54,977 bases of DNA, filler included, from Bipalium vagum (GCA_037834085.1; 3 parts of 3 records of this genome joined end to end with filler, not necessarily neighbours in it); one strand, 5' to 3'; numbered from the whole stretch's first letter, positions 1-15,202 are shown. Notes: generated by a model not told the origin, from the letters alone. Translations and numbers: made by a program.

Positions 1-249
1 TCAATGAAAGATTTACATTTATATAATAAAAAAGCTATACTTGTTTTTCTTCTTTCATTTTATTTCCGAAAATATCGTACGCACCTTGTATATACTCATT
101 TTCAATAAAAGCACATCACTTATCAATTTACTGAATTGTGTCGGAATTATTGCACGTGTTGTTTAATCAATCTATTTTAATAAGATATCCATGTGCATCA
201 TTTAAATAGATAAGTAAACAATTCATAAATGATAAGTCCTTATTACATT

Positions 250-1150
250 TAGCAATATGACTAGAATAAGAAAATATATTCTATCCAACTTATCCAGCAC
301 TTTGAAAGAGCTCGAATAGTAGGATTTATGAAGGTGGAGTAAGTTTAGAGAAATCTTAAGACCTTTGGCATTAAATCACTCCATTATTTTATGAGCATAG
401 AGTGGGTGAGGAAAACTTGCAGCATGGTCGCAGTGGTAAAGAACAATATCAAAGCACCAAGAAAGTGAAAATAGACATTTTCATCTCCTTGTTATTATAG
501 ACAGATTTATGCCAACCACAAAAATTGAAAAATGAAATCAGGGTCGTCTATCCTCATATCGTTCAAAGCTATGTTTACCATTGAAATCACATCATAAAAT
601 CACAAGACTTAGTTGTCAAAAGAATAAAATCGGAGTGACTAATGGAATTGCATCATCTGAAATGATAAGTCATTATTCTGTTTATGACAAAAATGATGGG
701 CGCTTGATGGGGATGAAGTAAACTTGTTGAACGATAAAATGTTTATTTGAATTTACTAGCTCACAAGGAAATTAAACTAGGATGGTATTGGGTACCATAT
801 ACTTTGGATTCTAGTCACCCTTTGTATTTAGCACAGGTAATTTGATTTCTCTTTATAACATCGATGAAATTCTGAGATCCATATTACTTCCATTAAAGAT
901 AGCACTTTTCGGTACTATTTTTGAATAAGAAAATGCGATATCGTCAGTGTAGCACTGAAGTTTCTGTAAGATTTTGAAGTTGAATTAATAGTTTGTCCAT
1001 CATATTCACCAGATTTATCTCCTATTGAAAAATTGGGGTATATCATGAATCATCAGCTATGGTTTTTTCTCGGTACTCCTAAAACATTGAATGAATTATA
1101 AAAGCGCTGTCAAGAAATATGGAATATACCTGTCCGGAAATGCATCCTCT
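250..1150 (+). mobile_element. Degraded Tc1-like transposon
   Basis: Frameshifted fragments: ERARIVG (N-terminal HTH) and SPDLSPIEK (DD34E motif). Confidence 0.65.
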
Positions 1151-2170
1151 TGAGATTGCAATTTTTTCTGTCTGAAGTTTTCCAAAACTGGAAAAATTGG
1201 TAGTCAGTAGATGAAAGATCTGGATAATAAGGAGTATTAATAATGGTTTTCAAATCCATCTCCATAAATTTTAATTAAATCTATTTTGCAATGTCGGGAC
1301 GGGTATTAGTCAATCTTTATTGGCTAATAGACTGTGTTTTTTCAAGATTTTTTCTTCATTTCTTTCAATTGAATTCAGCAAATGTCTGTTGTGATTGATT
1401 GACCTTTTTCATAGAGCTGTAATTTATCAACTCAACCCATGTCCACCAGCTTCTTTTGATGAATTTTTGAATTTGGACAATGTTTGGAAGGTTCATCTGC
1501 ATCTAACCATTGTCAGATTACTTAATATTGTCATATAGAATTCACTTTATGTCACAGGTAACAATTCAGTACAAAAATAGATCAGTGAGAGTAGACAAAT
1601 TCATCCACTAAAACACTTTTTGATATGAATTTCTGTTAATTCATATGGAATCAATTGATTGAGTTTTTTGACATAGTTTATTTTTCGTAAATGTTCAAAA
1701 TCGATTGAGATAAAAAACATTAAATATCACTGCTAATTCTGTGGTAGATTTGCATGTGTTGCTTTCCCATATAACTTTCAATTCTTCAAAGTTAACTTTG
1801 ATTGCAGGTCTACCTCGGGATTAATTTTCCAAGTTAAAATCACCAGATTTGAATTTTGCAAACCAACAAATGATGGTTCTTACATTATGCATAGTATTCC
1901 CAAAACTATCTTCCATGTTCTTGGTGGTTTGGTGTGTGATGAATCTTCTACGGAATTCATATTCCATGCCAATGCGATTTTCCCAATATCTGTAAACTGT
2001 AATTTACAAAATACATTAAAAAATATAAATTAATGTCTTGATTTATTTTTTAAATTGTGTGGTTCTGACAAAATATTAAAACAAGAATTATTAATTTGCA
2101 ATAAAAATTCGCAGACATAATCAAGTTAAAAAATCACCAGATAAAAATAAAGCATTTCATACTGTACTCA
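1150..2170 (-). mobile_element. Degraded mariner transposon
   Basis: Minus strand WFAKFKSGDFNLEN*SRGRP plus remnants of the catalytic domain. Confidence 0.7.
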
Positions 2171-3403
2171 TATCTTTTTAAATATTAAAACAAGATTTTG
2201 ACTAATATAATATTGTTACCATGATTAGGTAATCCGGTTGACCAGGTTTTGGCTGTGGTGACTAGTATTGCTAATCAACATAATCCAGTTGGTCTTAAAT
2301 TATTACTGAAGTAATCTGACATCAAAAAAACTTTCTTATCAATCAAATTCTTTGTTCATACCTTTTGATATTATTATTCCTAGTAACACGATATGAATAT
2401 TTAAACAAATTTTCACATCATGAGTATTATTTTAAAAAACGTGTACTACTTCATTCAGCTAAATATATTATTTGTTTTCATTACTTTGTCACAACTTGGT
2501 TTTCTGTTAATTTTCTATTGTAAAGGTAGTATACATACAAAATGAAAGGAAATATTATTATTTTTTGTCAGTCCCATTTACTAACAATTGAGATTGATAA
2601 TAAATCGTTTGGTAAAAATAAAACAACCTATGATATTATTTAAAACGTACAATGCTGTCCATATAATTTGTCAATACCAAACCCCGATTTGAATTTATGA
2701 ATGAAATTTCATTGTTATTTATATTTTACCTTTAACTAATTTCTTTCATTTAAGGTCTTTATCATTTAATCACATCACTGACGCTTCCCTCATTCAAATT
2801 TTATTTTATTAATATTAATATTGTTTATTATTATTTATTATTTTCTTTTTTATCTAAAACTATATGATAAATCTGCTATTCTTCTATTCTCAACAGTGAT
2901 ACTGCCTAATTTTTATTTTATATTTTATATTTGTTATATATTTTTGCTCGTCCTAATCACAACTAATGAATAACACAGAATAATGATTATACTTAATATA
3001 TGATAGTCAGTCACGTGTATCAGTTACAAATTATTATATCTATGACAATTATGGGTTGATAAATTTACAATTACCTCTTTCTTCCTTTTCATTTCATCCT
3101 CCTAATGATGACTTCGTCTATAAGAAATGTGTTCTTAAGTGTTTCTTTAGAAAAATGTCGTTGATAATGCTCTCTGCTTAATTTTCGCTAATTAATACCG
3201 CTGGTTTATGTCGACTAGTTATAAATATAAATCATTATTTTTAAATATTATGAATCAACGAAAAAGATTTATTTTATTTTTTTACTCTATCCGGCACATT
3301 GAATGAATAAGTTTAATTCAATATTATTTGTAATTAATTTTAAAATACGGTTTGGTCTGTGTTTTTAATAAATAAATCTTCACAATTTTAGTTTATAATT
3401 TAG

Positions 3404-3464
3404 CAACCTGTTGAAATTCGCATCCCACTTACTCAAGGCGTAGCAGGAAGAGTGGCTACTACAG
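3404..3464 (+). CDS. PDE2A: PDE2A-like exon (GAF-B)
   Basis: ttag|[21 protein letters not shown]|gtatat. Confidence 0.9.
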
Positions 3465-6400
3465 GTATATTGATTTTGACCCTTTAATATGTTATGTATT
3501 GAAACAGGGGAAATGTTGAATATCGTTGACGCTTACAATCATCCTCTTTTTTATCGAGGAGTGGACGAAGAGACGGGATTCAAAACAAGGTGAATAAGTT
3601 GCTTTTCTACAATAATGAACTAAATACTTTCACGATACAGTTAATATTAACCGTATTATTCATTTTATAAATACTATTGATCAGATCCTCCCCGATTTAA
3701 AAAGATAATTTCATTATTCGTCTTCATATTTATTTAAAAATTTTCCCTTTCATTCCTTCATGTCAGGAAAATATTTGAAAAAAGATAATTTATATGTGAA
3801 AGTGAAATAGTTGTGTTAATATCATTATTCTCTTCCAGACTTAAAAATTATAAATTGGTAACAATTTAATAATATATTCTTTATCATCAAGTTTTATGTA
3901 ATGTTCTTTTCTGTTAGTTTTTTTAATATATTTAGGGTTGTTCAGTCTTTGATAAATTTTAAACTACAAGCGAAAAAGACAACGTTACTGTATTCATAAA
4001 GTAATTTTGTTTATTAAATGAATTATTTATATTATATCCGCTTGTGTAGCTTGACGGTTTTATTTTCGTTTATAACCAATCAAAATGATGTAAAAGTATC
4101 ATATTTAAAATAAAAAGTATTATTGTATCTTTATTCACTTTGTCAATTACCTTTTTCAATATAATATTATTACACCGTTGTTTGATGAAAGGTTGGATAC
4201 CATTTACTTATAATTGAAAAGAAAGAAAAAAATAAACAATAAAGGATATTGGAATGTGGTGCATTAATGAAATATTTTGTGTGAAAATAGACATTGCATA
4301 AATCCAGTAGGGTTTTTAAGGAATCCACACGGCGTATCTTTTATGATACTTATGATACTTTCTAAAGATATCAAATTTTGATGTAACAGCTAACAAATTG
4401 GGACAGGTGGATTGACCAAGTTGAACCTGTGGATAAAAGAACCAAAACGAAATCGATTCGATAAAAGACAATGTGGTTTGTTTAATGGAACTGTCAAGAG
4501 ATAATTTATTTCAAATAACTCTTTGGTAGTGAGCAATAATTGCCAACAACTCGTTAAGACGTCTACGGTTATATGTCAACATTACCCCCTCAATATAATT
4601 TTGATTATTTCCTGCCCCAGAGCAATTAGAAAATTTATTTTATGAAAAGATGTTGGAAAGCATTCAATAACTAAAACGAAAGGAAGAAAATACCAGTCTG
4701 AGCGTTGAGGTTCTCTCACATTCGCCACACAGTTCTATATGATGGAAATTTGTAGAGATTAACGATGTTGATGAGGACGTCGAGATTTTGCATAATTCTA
4801 CACAATTATTAAATATAATATGTGGACTAAAAAGTTTCCAACGTTTTTTAAGTAAACAAGTAAGTTTATAAAACAATTTTGCTCATTTGACAAATATACC
4901 TTATTGAATCAATTATTTTCCACGCTGCTCGATAACCTTTCCCCATTTATCTATTAAATTCATAATTACACCATTTCTAAGAATTATTGAGATTTCTAAT
5001 CAAAAAACTGACAATTTAATATTCAGTCTTTTCTTGAAAACATTGGAACTCCATTTAGAAAAATCTGCAGACAAGTCAGTTATTTTCATCGCTTAATTTA
5101 ATCGTTCAAGTTGCTGATAATAGGATATAGAATCAATTGTTTAACCAGGTACCCTCAGTACTTAATGCACGATTCATTTCCAGTCGTAGAAGATAATCTT
5201 GACTTTACAATCTTTTGTGGAGCTTCAACTTCTTGGAATGCGATCTTTTTCTTACATTATTATAATACGCGATCAACTTTCCATATCTGGGAATCATTTT
5301 TTTAATTTATTCAAGTTCATTTCTTTTCAGTAAAGGTTTACAAATAAAAATTCTATTAATTAAATTCTTTTCAAATAAATTATGAGGCATCCAAATATTA
5401 GGGTGTCCCAAAAAATATCAAACTTTTTCTTGTAACCAAGCTTCTCACTGTGATTTTGAAAAGTTTGTTTATAAATGCGTGGATCCTTAGCAATTTCAAA
5501 ACTACTTATGTGACGACTTTGATTATTTTAATGATTTAGTTGTTTATATCTGCGACTGACCGACCTTTCAGTGATTGATTGCACCTTTCAACTCAAACTT
5601 ACTTTGGCGAAATTGTGCTGTATCGTTCTTTATGATATGTTATGAGACACATAAATGGCACATATTTCTTGACAATATGACTTACCTTTTTTCCTTTCAG
5701 TAAATTAAATTTCATAATGCATCGGATTTCTTTACTTTGAATTTTTGCGAGATCCTTTAGCTCGTATAAACAAATGATACTAATATTTATTATTCTAGGG
5801 GTTTGATTTTACGAACAGATTTATTAAAATTGATTTCAAACTTTTAATTCAAATTAAAACAGTCTATGACGAAAGCGGTTGAAACTTTTTAGGTCGTCTA
5901 GTATTTCATGTTAAATTTGCATATAATCAGTTCTTTTTACCTGCTTTTTGTTAACAAAATGCAAAATCATTAAGTACAACAAATAAAAAAATTACTTTAA
6001 GTATTCCTTGAAGTTATTTTGGAAGAATATGTTATCTTCACGGTTAATTAAGAATATGAAACGATGAAAAACTTGTCATAAGTACTGAATAGTGAAATGA
6101 TACTTATTATTTTCTTAGGAATATTCTGTGCTTTCCGATCAAAGATGAAAAGGAAAAGGTTGTCGGAGTCGCTCAGCTATGCAATAAAGTTAAAGGCCCA
6201 TGTTTCACTAACTATGATGAAGATATTGCCAAGGCATTTTCCGTATACTGCTGCATCAGTATTATGCATGTAAGGACCAACTTCGTATAATTTTTAATTC
6301 ATTACTCTCATACTACAAAGTTTTATTTCTAAATTTTCTTGTACATTCAAGCGCAAATTTCATGTATCGGTACCCATTTCATTTCTTTAAGTCTATTCCT

Positions 6401-9400
6401 GTGTTCAAAAAGTTCCCAGAAAATCTTATTTAAACATTTTAGAAAATTCTTTTTTGGATAAATTATAGAACTTTCATTAATATAAATCAAAGTTTTATAT
6501 TGTTAAGATTATTTTTTAAAAGATATCCTTGTTTTAATATTCCAAGAAAAGTAAGCCAATGATTTTTCAAATCTCAATATTTGAAGATTAAAGAATGTGT
6601 GTTAAATTTTTGCAAAAATATCGTGTTCTAAAAGACTAGAAATGATACAGAATGTTTCCATGACCAATGCATGTCCTAAGCTCAGATTTATTATAAGTAC
6701 AAACTCTTAAAGGAGGCAGAAAATCCATGGAGGATTACTAATGTCCCACTTCCTTTCAACTTTCCATATCAACCGACGATGGACACATTGAAAAAATAAA
6801 ATACCTGTAGCAAAATGATTGTTAGCTGATAATAAGAAATATCTGAACAAAATTGATTTTGCCAATCGATTTTGAAAGGAAAATTACAATCTCGGCTTGT
6901 GCAGCAATAATAAGGGTTTTGCAAAACAGAAACGTGTATTTGTCAATTAATAAATATATTTTATGGACTAATCTTTGTTGGAGAACATTATTACCAGTCG
7001 TGAGATATTGGTATGTCAGCATCATGCATGAAAAACAAGTCGACAAGCAAATTAATGGGGTGAAATATAAATTGATACCAAAGAATTCGTCAGAAACCAT
7101 TTCAAAATCATTTTGACCTTTTTTTCTGAATTTTTTTTATTCCTCTCTAATCTCTTCCTATCGCTTAAATGGTAAATAAGGAATATTATTTGCAGTTTTT
7201 TAAAGTGACCGGTTATATGAGTACAGTTCACTACGAAAATGCACCTTTTTTTTGCCTTTTTTTCCAAACATCAAACCAAAACCATTCATTAATATTCACC
7301 TGATCTGCTTCTATTTGTTTTCTTCCACTTTGTGATTGGACAAAACTTTGAAGAAGACAATAAATTTTGATAATCAAATAAATATTTTGGTACCGGAAAA
7401 CAGCCAATAGGAAGTGGATTCCGATACCAAAAAAGTACCAATATTTTTTTCGATTTACTTAACAATTATCGAAACATTTTGAACGAAGTCCTATATTTAC
7501 ATTCAAGGGTTTATTAATCTTGTATTTTATCAGTCGAATTTTCCAAGAATAAATTGTCAGATTTTTTTTAATATTCTTAATAAAAGTTGAGCTTTTAGGT
7601 TCTTGGTACATTAACTTTTCTTTTTTATCTTATATTACTTAAAATAAATAACAACAGTTTAAATATTTTACGTTATGCATTGTATTTCGAAGTGTTTTCA
7701 AATATTGGACATAATTTGTAAATGTGTGGGTTTTAATTTTTTTAATAAAAATATTCGAAATTAAATTATTTGTAATTGATTCGTTTATTAATCTTCTTTG
7801 AGCTATTATTGATAGCACAAAAGTGGTCAGTGATTATAAATTGAAATTGCATTAAAATTTTGAAAAAGGTAGCAATAAACATTCATTTTTAAATTTAAAG
7901 AAGTCTGGTCTATTTATTAAATAATAGTAATATTATTATAATAATAATAAACATTTTTGTTTTATCCGCATAAGAACAATATGAATTTTTTATTATTATT
8001 AACATTTGATACTTTAAGAATTTATTTTAATCTAATATTTTTGAATAGTATAACGTTCCCTAATTTAAATTGGAAGATCAGTTTAGTTAATACTTTAAAA
8101 TATAATCTAAATGAATTTTAAATATTAATAAGACAGTTAGAAAGACCAATTTTTTAAAAGCATATTAAATTTTATAAAACCATTTATAATATTATTTTCT
8201 AAAATATTCTTTCTTTCGGAATTTTCTCTAAGCGAGGTCATTTTGTATTATATCTTTTATCTATTAAAAGATAATAAAAATATATTTTTTATATAAAAAT
8301 AATTATTAGACTTCATTATTAAAATCGGAAACCCTTTATTAATCAGAATAAATAAAAATGGCGCTGCTTTTTCATTTTGTCATTATTTGAAACTGTTTTT
8401 TTTGTATTTCCAAAAATTTCCCATATTAATTTTATATTTATCTGATTATTTGGTTTAAATAAATCAATTTATTCATTATTGATTTTAATTTATAATTCAT
8501 CCATATTTTTACATTTTTCTCAGCTTGATAATATTGATTAAATGTTTAAATTAAAAATGACAATTTCTTGTCAGTCTCAAAAAATAAAAAAAATTCTACA
8601 AAATGAAAGTTTAACAAATAATTTTAAAATTCATTTAATTATTTATTACATTAAATTTTGTTAAAAATTTCGTTGAAAAAATTGAAAAAAATGAATATTA
8701 AAATAATTTAAATATCATATATATAAAATTTAGTAATTATCGAAAAATAAAAATAATTATTAAAATTAAAGATTAAAATTAAAGATTAAAATTAAAGATA
8801 TAATTTGTGGACAAGATACTTTTATCATATATTATTGAATTATTTAATTATAAAAATCGATTTTTCAGTTTATATATTTTTATTTATTTTTCAGTCGCTA
8901 ATGTATAAGAAGGTTCAGGATGCTCAACACAGAAATAATTTAGCCAATGAATTAATGATCTATCATATGCAGGTAATTATTAAAACTTTATTCTTTATTT
9001 AATTATCAATAATAATTATTTGTTAAAGGAAAAATAATTCCTATAAATCGTTATCTATTTTAATTATTGTGTTATGAATATTTCTTATGCCTTTAGCTGT
9101 CAAATGATAATGTGAAGATGATTTATATACTTATAAAATTTGCATAATTCGTTTGCTACCCAAATGGATTCTTAGCTTTCTTTATTAATGATTTAATTAA
9201 AAATATAAATAATAAATATATTAATGTGTAATTAATTAAAATATATGGAAACATTATCTGAAAGTCGAGACTAAGAATATTAAACAGGAATAATAGGAGG
9301 GATAATTTTAAGGAAATTAATATTTAACTGGTCATATTAGATATATAACTTGTGAAACTGTTTTTGAATTATTTAATATTTCTCTTTTGTTTGAATAAGA

Positions 9401-12400
9401 CATTGATAAAAATTGGAAAATTGAGCTCACATAAATATTTAAATATTCGACAAGACTAAATTTATATTTGTTTCAAAGAACACAAATGATTATATTAACA
9501 ACAATTTTCGACGATGTTTTATTTTTTTTTATTACAATTTATTCACCTTTTGATATCAGAAATAACGTGAATACAGGCAGTGAGAATCATTTATCTCATC
9601 ATATTTGAGTATCCTTCCTTCCGATTAATCAAAAGATTTTGCAGACTTTCACAAATATCATTAAATAATTCAAAAATAAAATAAATATTTTAAAAAGGTT
9701 ATCGCCCTTTTCTGACAATTTATCATTGATACGAAGTTTATTATTTAACATTTACTTTTATTTATATTCACAACTTTGTATTTCATTGCAATTTAATTAA
9801 AGAATCTATCGAAATCTTTAATTGGTTTTCTGTATATTTGTTTATTTTTATTAAATTATAATATTATTAACAATTTTAACACTATTGGTTTTTTCTCATT
9901 TTATTTTATTTATATTATATATATTATTTCTTCATAAATTGTATTATCATATGCGAAATGGAATAAACTCATTCTAATAGTCTGCTTTTTAAAAGAAAAT
10001 CTCTTATTGTTATCAGATGTTATAATTACTACATTAGAAATAAATAATATAAATATAAATATAATATAAGTAATGAAACAATGAAATCTACTGGGAAAAG
10101 AAATAAAGAATATTTAAAAGTAAAGATATAAAATAATTAGAAATTGTTTCTACTACTTAGATATTAGAATGTGGTCATTAAGAAATGATAAAGTTATTAT
10201 TATTATTATTATTATTAAAAACATTTAAAAAGAATCCGTGAAGGTCACAGATAGGTAAGCAAATCCCTACTCGAATTTTAATGGAAAATTAGAAATTTTA
10301 AACTTCGAGTTGAAAGGCTTATTAAAAATTATCAATAAGAATTATAAGGGAAACCCCCTCATCAAACATTTGTTTAATTGCATGTTATTAAATTATACAT
10401 TTTTGTACAATTCATGTCCGCTAATTCAATTAATAAGCAATTTGATGAAAATGTCACGTAATTTAGCGATAATTAACGGAAAGTTGTTTTCCAAATTATT
10501 TTTTTATAATTCCAATGTTGTTATTCCCTTTATTGTGTAGGTATCACTTTACATTTTACCTTGATTAACTTTCTGTCTTAATGTGAAAGAAAAGCAAAAT
10601 CTTTCCAAATGCCAAGTGATCAGTATTTCTCCAATTTGTATTCATTCACAGATAAACGACTGTTCCTCTATCACTGCTCATTGCCTCGCAATTTTCTTTA
10701 ATTTTCCTTCAGGTTAACGAAGACAACGTCAAGTGGCTGATGAACTGTAATTATCCTAATCTGACAGCTTTAAAAGAAGATTTCAACTGTTTTCAGTGCA
10801 TTCCTCGAGAGCTTAAGGAAACTGATTCTATTTTGGTAAGTCTTTCTCTTAATGTATTAATTACCATTGTAACGTGTAAATTATTATTTCGCGACTCTGT
10901 CATCATTTTCAATAGTAATTAGTTAATCCTCGCCAACGAGTCAAAGGATTCCAACAATGTTTATTCTGGAATTATTATGTGATTATGTTTATTATGTGAT
11001 TCTAATCTTAATAATTAATATGTATTTTATGAGAAATATTCTCTAGATTACTTTTCTATATCTTTGGAATCTCTGGAATTCATCTGTTTATTGATCATAA
11101 ATGAAATCGAAATTTAACTAAATAATTTCCAAAATTTATAATTGATAAATTATAACCGAATTTTGATATGTATCGATTTCATCTCCTCAGGCTGTGTTGG
11201 GAATGTTTAACACTTTGGGATTCATTACGAAATGGCGACTATCGAGACCAACTCTGTCCAGATTTATACTCATGATTAAAAGAGGTTACCGAGATCCACC
11301 TTATCACAATTGGACCCACGCATTTTCAGTTGCTCATTTCGTCTACTTATGCATCATGAATCTGCCTCTCCATGAACAACTGCACCCCATCGAATTATTG
11401 GCGTTATTTGTTGCATCTCTGTGTCACGACATTGATCATAGAGGAACAAACAACTCTTTTCAAGTAAATCTATATTATTTATATTTGATTGACTTTTAGA
11501 AGGTTTCTTTTTCATGTGCTTAATAATATATTATTTAACTACAGTGATTTGTATATTCACTTGAATATTTAAAGTTTTTGTTATTAAATTTTTTTCTTCT
11601 TGAGAAAATTTCTGATTTATTTTAGTACATCTTTAATTTTTTACCCGATTTGATACTGCGTTATGATAATTAAAATCCAGGTGGATTCTTTATATATTAA
11701 TACCTAATGAATTCTTGACATACCTAACATACACTGTTTAAATACTTAATATTAATATTCAAAGTTTTTAATGTTTGAGCATTCTTGCTCCTGCACATAC
11801 GAAGTATCAATAATCATTATTTAGTAATTTAATTGCAGGACCTTGTCAATAAATTCTTAAAAATCTTAGCTTTTAATGCTTAAGCAAGTTCGTTTAAGAT
11901 AATTTTGGATTATTTATTATCCAGTGAGACATGATAATGTTAAGCACCTGCGGGACAGAACAATTCTCCAGTAGACACGATTGATAATTAGAGACTGTAG
12001 AAATTTTTTCATTCTCTTTGAAGAATTCCCAAAATAATAATGCCTTATTTTACAATTTTTCATATTTCTAAATTACAACTTCATTCTGAACTTGGTTAAC
12101 CAAGATTGTTTCTCATTATGATTCAATAGGTAAGACCACAGGGTGTATTTTTCAAATGATTATTTTCTATTTTCTTGATAATAACTATTTTACAGCAAGT
12201 ACTATTTTCACTTGGAATCAAAATCAAATTTGAGAATTCCCTGTGAACTTTTACCTTTAATCAGTTTTCATTGATTATTTGAAAAATAATTAAAATCGTT
12301 TTTGATGTCGAGAAATAATTAATTGATAAATTAACAATTTTCTTTCATAATATTTCAAGTACTTTTCGTGGACTATTATTTAATTAAAATGTTAAGACCC

Positions 12401-14982
12401 CCATTTATTATTTAAGCAAATATGGACTGATTCCACTTGTTAACTTTGATCTATTATTAATTTCATTGGAAAATATTTTTATGTTATGTCAAAAATTCTT
12501 TTTCATTTTTTCATACAAAAAAACGAATTTTATACATTGTTAAGGAAACTGTCCTTCAAATTTCCAATCTTGCTTAATATTAAAAAGATCGGAGGTAGAA
12601 TACTTCACTTAAATGAATAAAATTAAAATCATGGTTTAACTTTGTAAGGTAATGCCTGCTTTCAAATGTTACTGAGCAGAAAATAAGTAAATTTCAAAGG
12701 GAGACAAATCAACATTCTTATAGTGCCATAGCCTCACTGAAAGCCGCCATAGTAATGGTGATCATATCATAAATGAATAGGGGCCACTTATTTTCTGCCT
12801 GTGAACGGTTTCGAGCCATAATAGAGGCAGTCATTGAGGTCAATCGTGATTTCATCAACTAATTAAGTAAAGATGTTTTATTAAGGATACTTGTGTCAAT
12901 TTTATTTAAATACATACATTTTTGTTAAAATATTGTTCTCTATTTAATATACTTAAAACGTCCTTGAATAGTCCTCGCACCCTGTAGGATAATCGAATGA
13001 AAGTCACTTTAAGAAGTTCAAAACTGATATTAATCGACAACGACCACAGCTTCTGTACAATCATGTTTTTATCAAAGTAAACCTTGATTAATTGATAACA
13101 ACCCCGTATCGTGCAAACTGTTATTGCACATTGTAAAAGGCAATGTGAAAAACTAATATTAAGAAATTAAAATCTAAAGGAAGAAAACGATTTCCCTTTT
13201 AAGAAAAATTAAAAATTAAGAGACTTAATATAAAAAATAAGTCGAATTGCTAATCAAGTCCGTATAGGGATCTGGACCCTCATATTTTATTTTCGTGATT
13301 GGTATTTATACTATTGTTATCCAATTTTATTTTATTAAAATGTTGTAATATGGAAAAAACTTGTAGAACTCAAATGGTATCCTTTTCATGTTATGTGAAA
13401 TTTTTTATCGTTATAATTTTTACTTTTGCCATTATTTTTAATATTTTTATGCTCTATAGGTCACATCAAAATCAGTCCTGGCAGCTCTTTACAGTAGTGA
13501 AGGATCTGTTTTAGAAAGACATCACTTCTCACAAACTATCTGTGTTTTAAACAGTGAAGGTTGTAATATCTTTGAAAACCTTTCTAGAACAGTTAGTTTT
13601 ATAAGATAAACATCATTTATTTAAAAAACTTTGTTTTCAGGATTATCATCGTGTTTTGGATCTTATTCGAGACATTATCTTAGCTACAGATCTGGCTCAT
13701 CATTTAAGAATCATCCAGGATCAAAGGAAAATGATAGCCAATTCATATGATTCAAATTTAGAACAGCATCACACCCTTTTATTGGATTTACTTATGACTA
13801 GTGCAGATTTAAGTGATCAATCGAAGAATTGGAAAAACACTAGAGCTGTTGCTCAACTAATTTATGAAGAGTTTTTCAGTCAAGGAGATCTAGAAAAGTC
13901 TATAGGACAAAAACCTGCAGAACAGATGGATAGAGAAAGAGCATGTGTTCCTAGTCTACAAATGTCATTTTTAGACGGAATTGCTTTACCATGTTTTCAG
14001 TAATTTTTTTATATTTCAATGTTTTTATTATTATTATTTAATTGGCTAATTTTAATAATTATTTATTTAATTACATTAATTAAATGTTAAAAATATATTA
14101 TATAATTTAATTATATATTTTTTAATTTAGTATTCCATAATAAATTCATCCTTTTGTTTTACTGATCACTTATGCTAATTATTAACCAATTGGAAAATGC
14201 ACAAATTCAATTGGAGAGTTCTTATTCACACTTCTTATTCGTCTGACATTTTTCCTTTGGATCATTCTTTGATTCAAGTGATTGTAATCGGCTTCCAATA
14301 CTTACCTTGACTCTAGACCCTTGGAGCTTTTTATTAGTGCTTAAAGAAGAATTTTTATAAAAAAAAATCGTTATATTTAAGATAAAATAGAATCTTACTT
14401 TTTTTAATTTTTGCTTAAAAAGTATCAAAACTTTTTTTTTACATTTCACATAATAAATATTATGATAATATAATTTTTTTAATATTTCAACCTTCATTGT
14501 TTACATGGTAAAAAACATTTTATTGAAAAAACCATAAGACATGAAAAAATGAAAGTTCAAGGAACATCAACCTTTTAAAATGTAACCAACGCGTGCTTTA
14601 GAAATCTTGCAGAAAGAGTCATGTGATATTTATTTGTTCACTGGGTTTTTTATTTTCATGCAAAAATATTATAATGATGCAAAAAAATGATGTTGGACAG
14701 ATCCTCATTTAAATTCAGGGAAAGTCAAATAAAAGTCTTACAATAAATATCTGACCAACCTCACACTTAATTCTGCTAATAATTTACTTTGATTTCAGAA
14801 TATTTTGCGATTTATATCCAACCCATGGTTCAAAAATGATAGAGAATATTAAAACCAATAGAACGAAATGGGAAAAGCTGAATGAAGACATAAAGAACGG
14901 AAAGATATCTGCAAATATTTTTCAGTTATTTCATAGGGATATTTCCCCAATGCGTAGTCAATCTTCAGTTGACGATTCATAA
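3404..14982 (+). CDS. PDE2A: cGMP-stimulated phosphodiesterase 2A-like, 5'-partial spliced gene: join(3404-3464,3508-3589,6119-6269,8895-8972,10713-10835,11191-11463,13460-13591,13641-13999,14799-14982), 480 aa + stop
   Basis: All introns are GT-AG and phase-compatible. The translation follows PDE2A GAF-B ([48 protein letters not shown]) and the catalytic domain ([70 protein letters not shown]). Upstream exons lie before the window start. Confidence 0.95.
3508..3589 (+). CDS. PDE2A: PDE2A-like exon (GAF-B)
   Basis: After a 43-nt intron: [27 protein letters not shown]|gtgaat. Confidence 0.92.
4870..5420 (-). mobile_element. Internally deleted mariner remnant in a PDE intron
   Basis: Minus strand FYDWK (N-terminal) and [16 protein letters not shown] (mariner C-terminus). 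Confidence 0.55.
6119..6269 (+). CDS. PDE2A: PDE2A-like exon (GAF-B NKFDE motif)
   Basis: [50 protein letters not shown]|gtaagg. Confidence 0.93.
6395..7495 (+). mobile_element. Degraded mariner remnant (irritans-like) in a PDE intron
   Basis: [27 protein letters not shown] and an SPDL remnant, with frameshifts. Confidence 0.5.
8761..8799 (+). repeat. Tandem repeat (TAAAATTAAAGAT)x3
   Basis: Seen directly. Confidence 0.8.
8895..8972 (+). CDS. PDE2A: PDE2A-like exon (linker helix)
   Basis: [26 protein letters not shown]|gtaatt. Confidence 0.92.
10713..10835 (+). CDS. PDE2A: PDE2A-like exon (start of catalytic domain)
   Basis: ttcag|[15 protein letters not shown]...[12 protein letters not shown]|gtaagt. 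Confidence 0.88.
11191..11463 (+). CDS. PDE2A: PDE2A-like exon (metal-binding H/HD motifs)
   Basis: AVLGMF...[17 protein letters not shown]...[14 protein letters not shown]|gtaaat. Confidence 0.95.
12700..12984 (+). mobile_element. 3' fragment of a maT/DD37D-type Tc1-mariner element
   Basis: SLKAAI...[21 protein letters not shown] followed by a TIR end ...CGCACCCTG|TA. Confidence 0.6.
13460..13591 (+). CDS. PDE2A: PDE2A-like exon
   Basis: [44 protein letters not shown]|gttagt. Confidence 0.95.
13641..13999 (+). CDS. PDE2A: PDE2A-like exon (catalytic C-terminal half)
   Basis: After a 49-nt intron: [24 protein letters not shown]...[25 protein letters not shown], ca|gtaatt. Confidence 0.95.
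14799..14982 (+). CDS. PDE2A: PDE2A-like terminal exon
   Basis: ttcag|(Q)[27 protein letters not shown]...SVDDS*; matches the PDE end pattern LFP....N...W. Confidence 0.88.
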
Positions 14983-15202
14983 ATTTATTCTATTGTTCTG
15001 CATGAATATTTTTATACCATTTTGATCGAAACATAGAACATTGAGACCACAGGAAGTAAAATTACGTATATTTTGATTTTCACTATATATTTTGTTTAAA
15101 TAAGCCCATTTAGATTTATTTATTTTATGAATTGTTTTTAACAATTTTACAAATGACTTTTGACTGAAAATATGCATGAACAATTTTGCTTTTATTGTTT
15201 GA

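Noticed and set aside
14222-14497. 91-aa minus-strand ORF with a strong GTAAGT donor in the last PDE intron
   Set aside because: Low-complexity Lys-rich ORF with no recognisable domain or partner exon.
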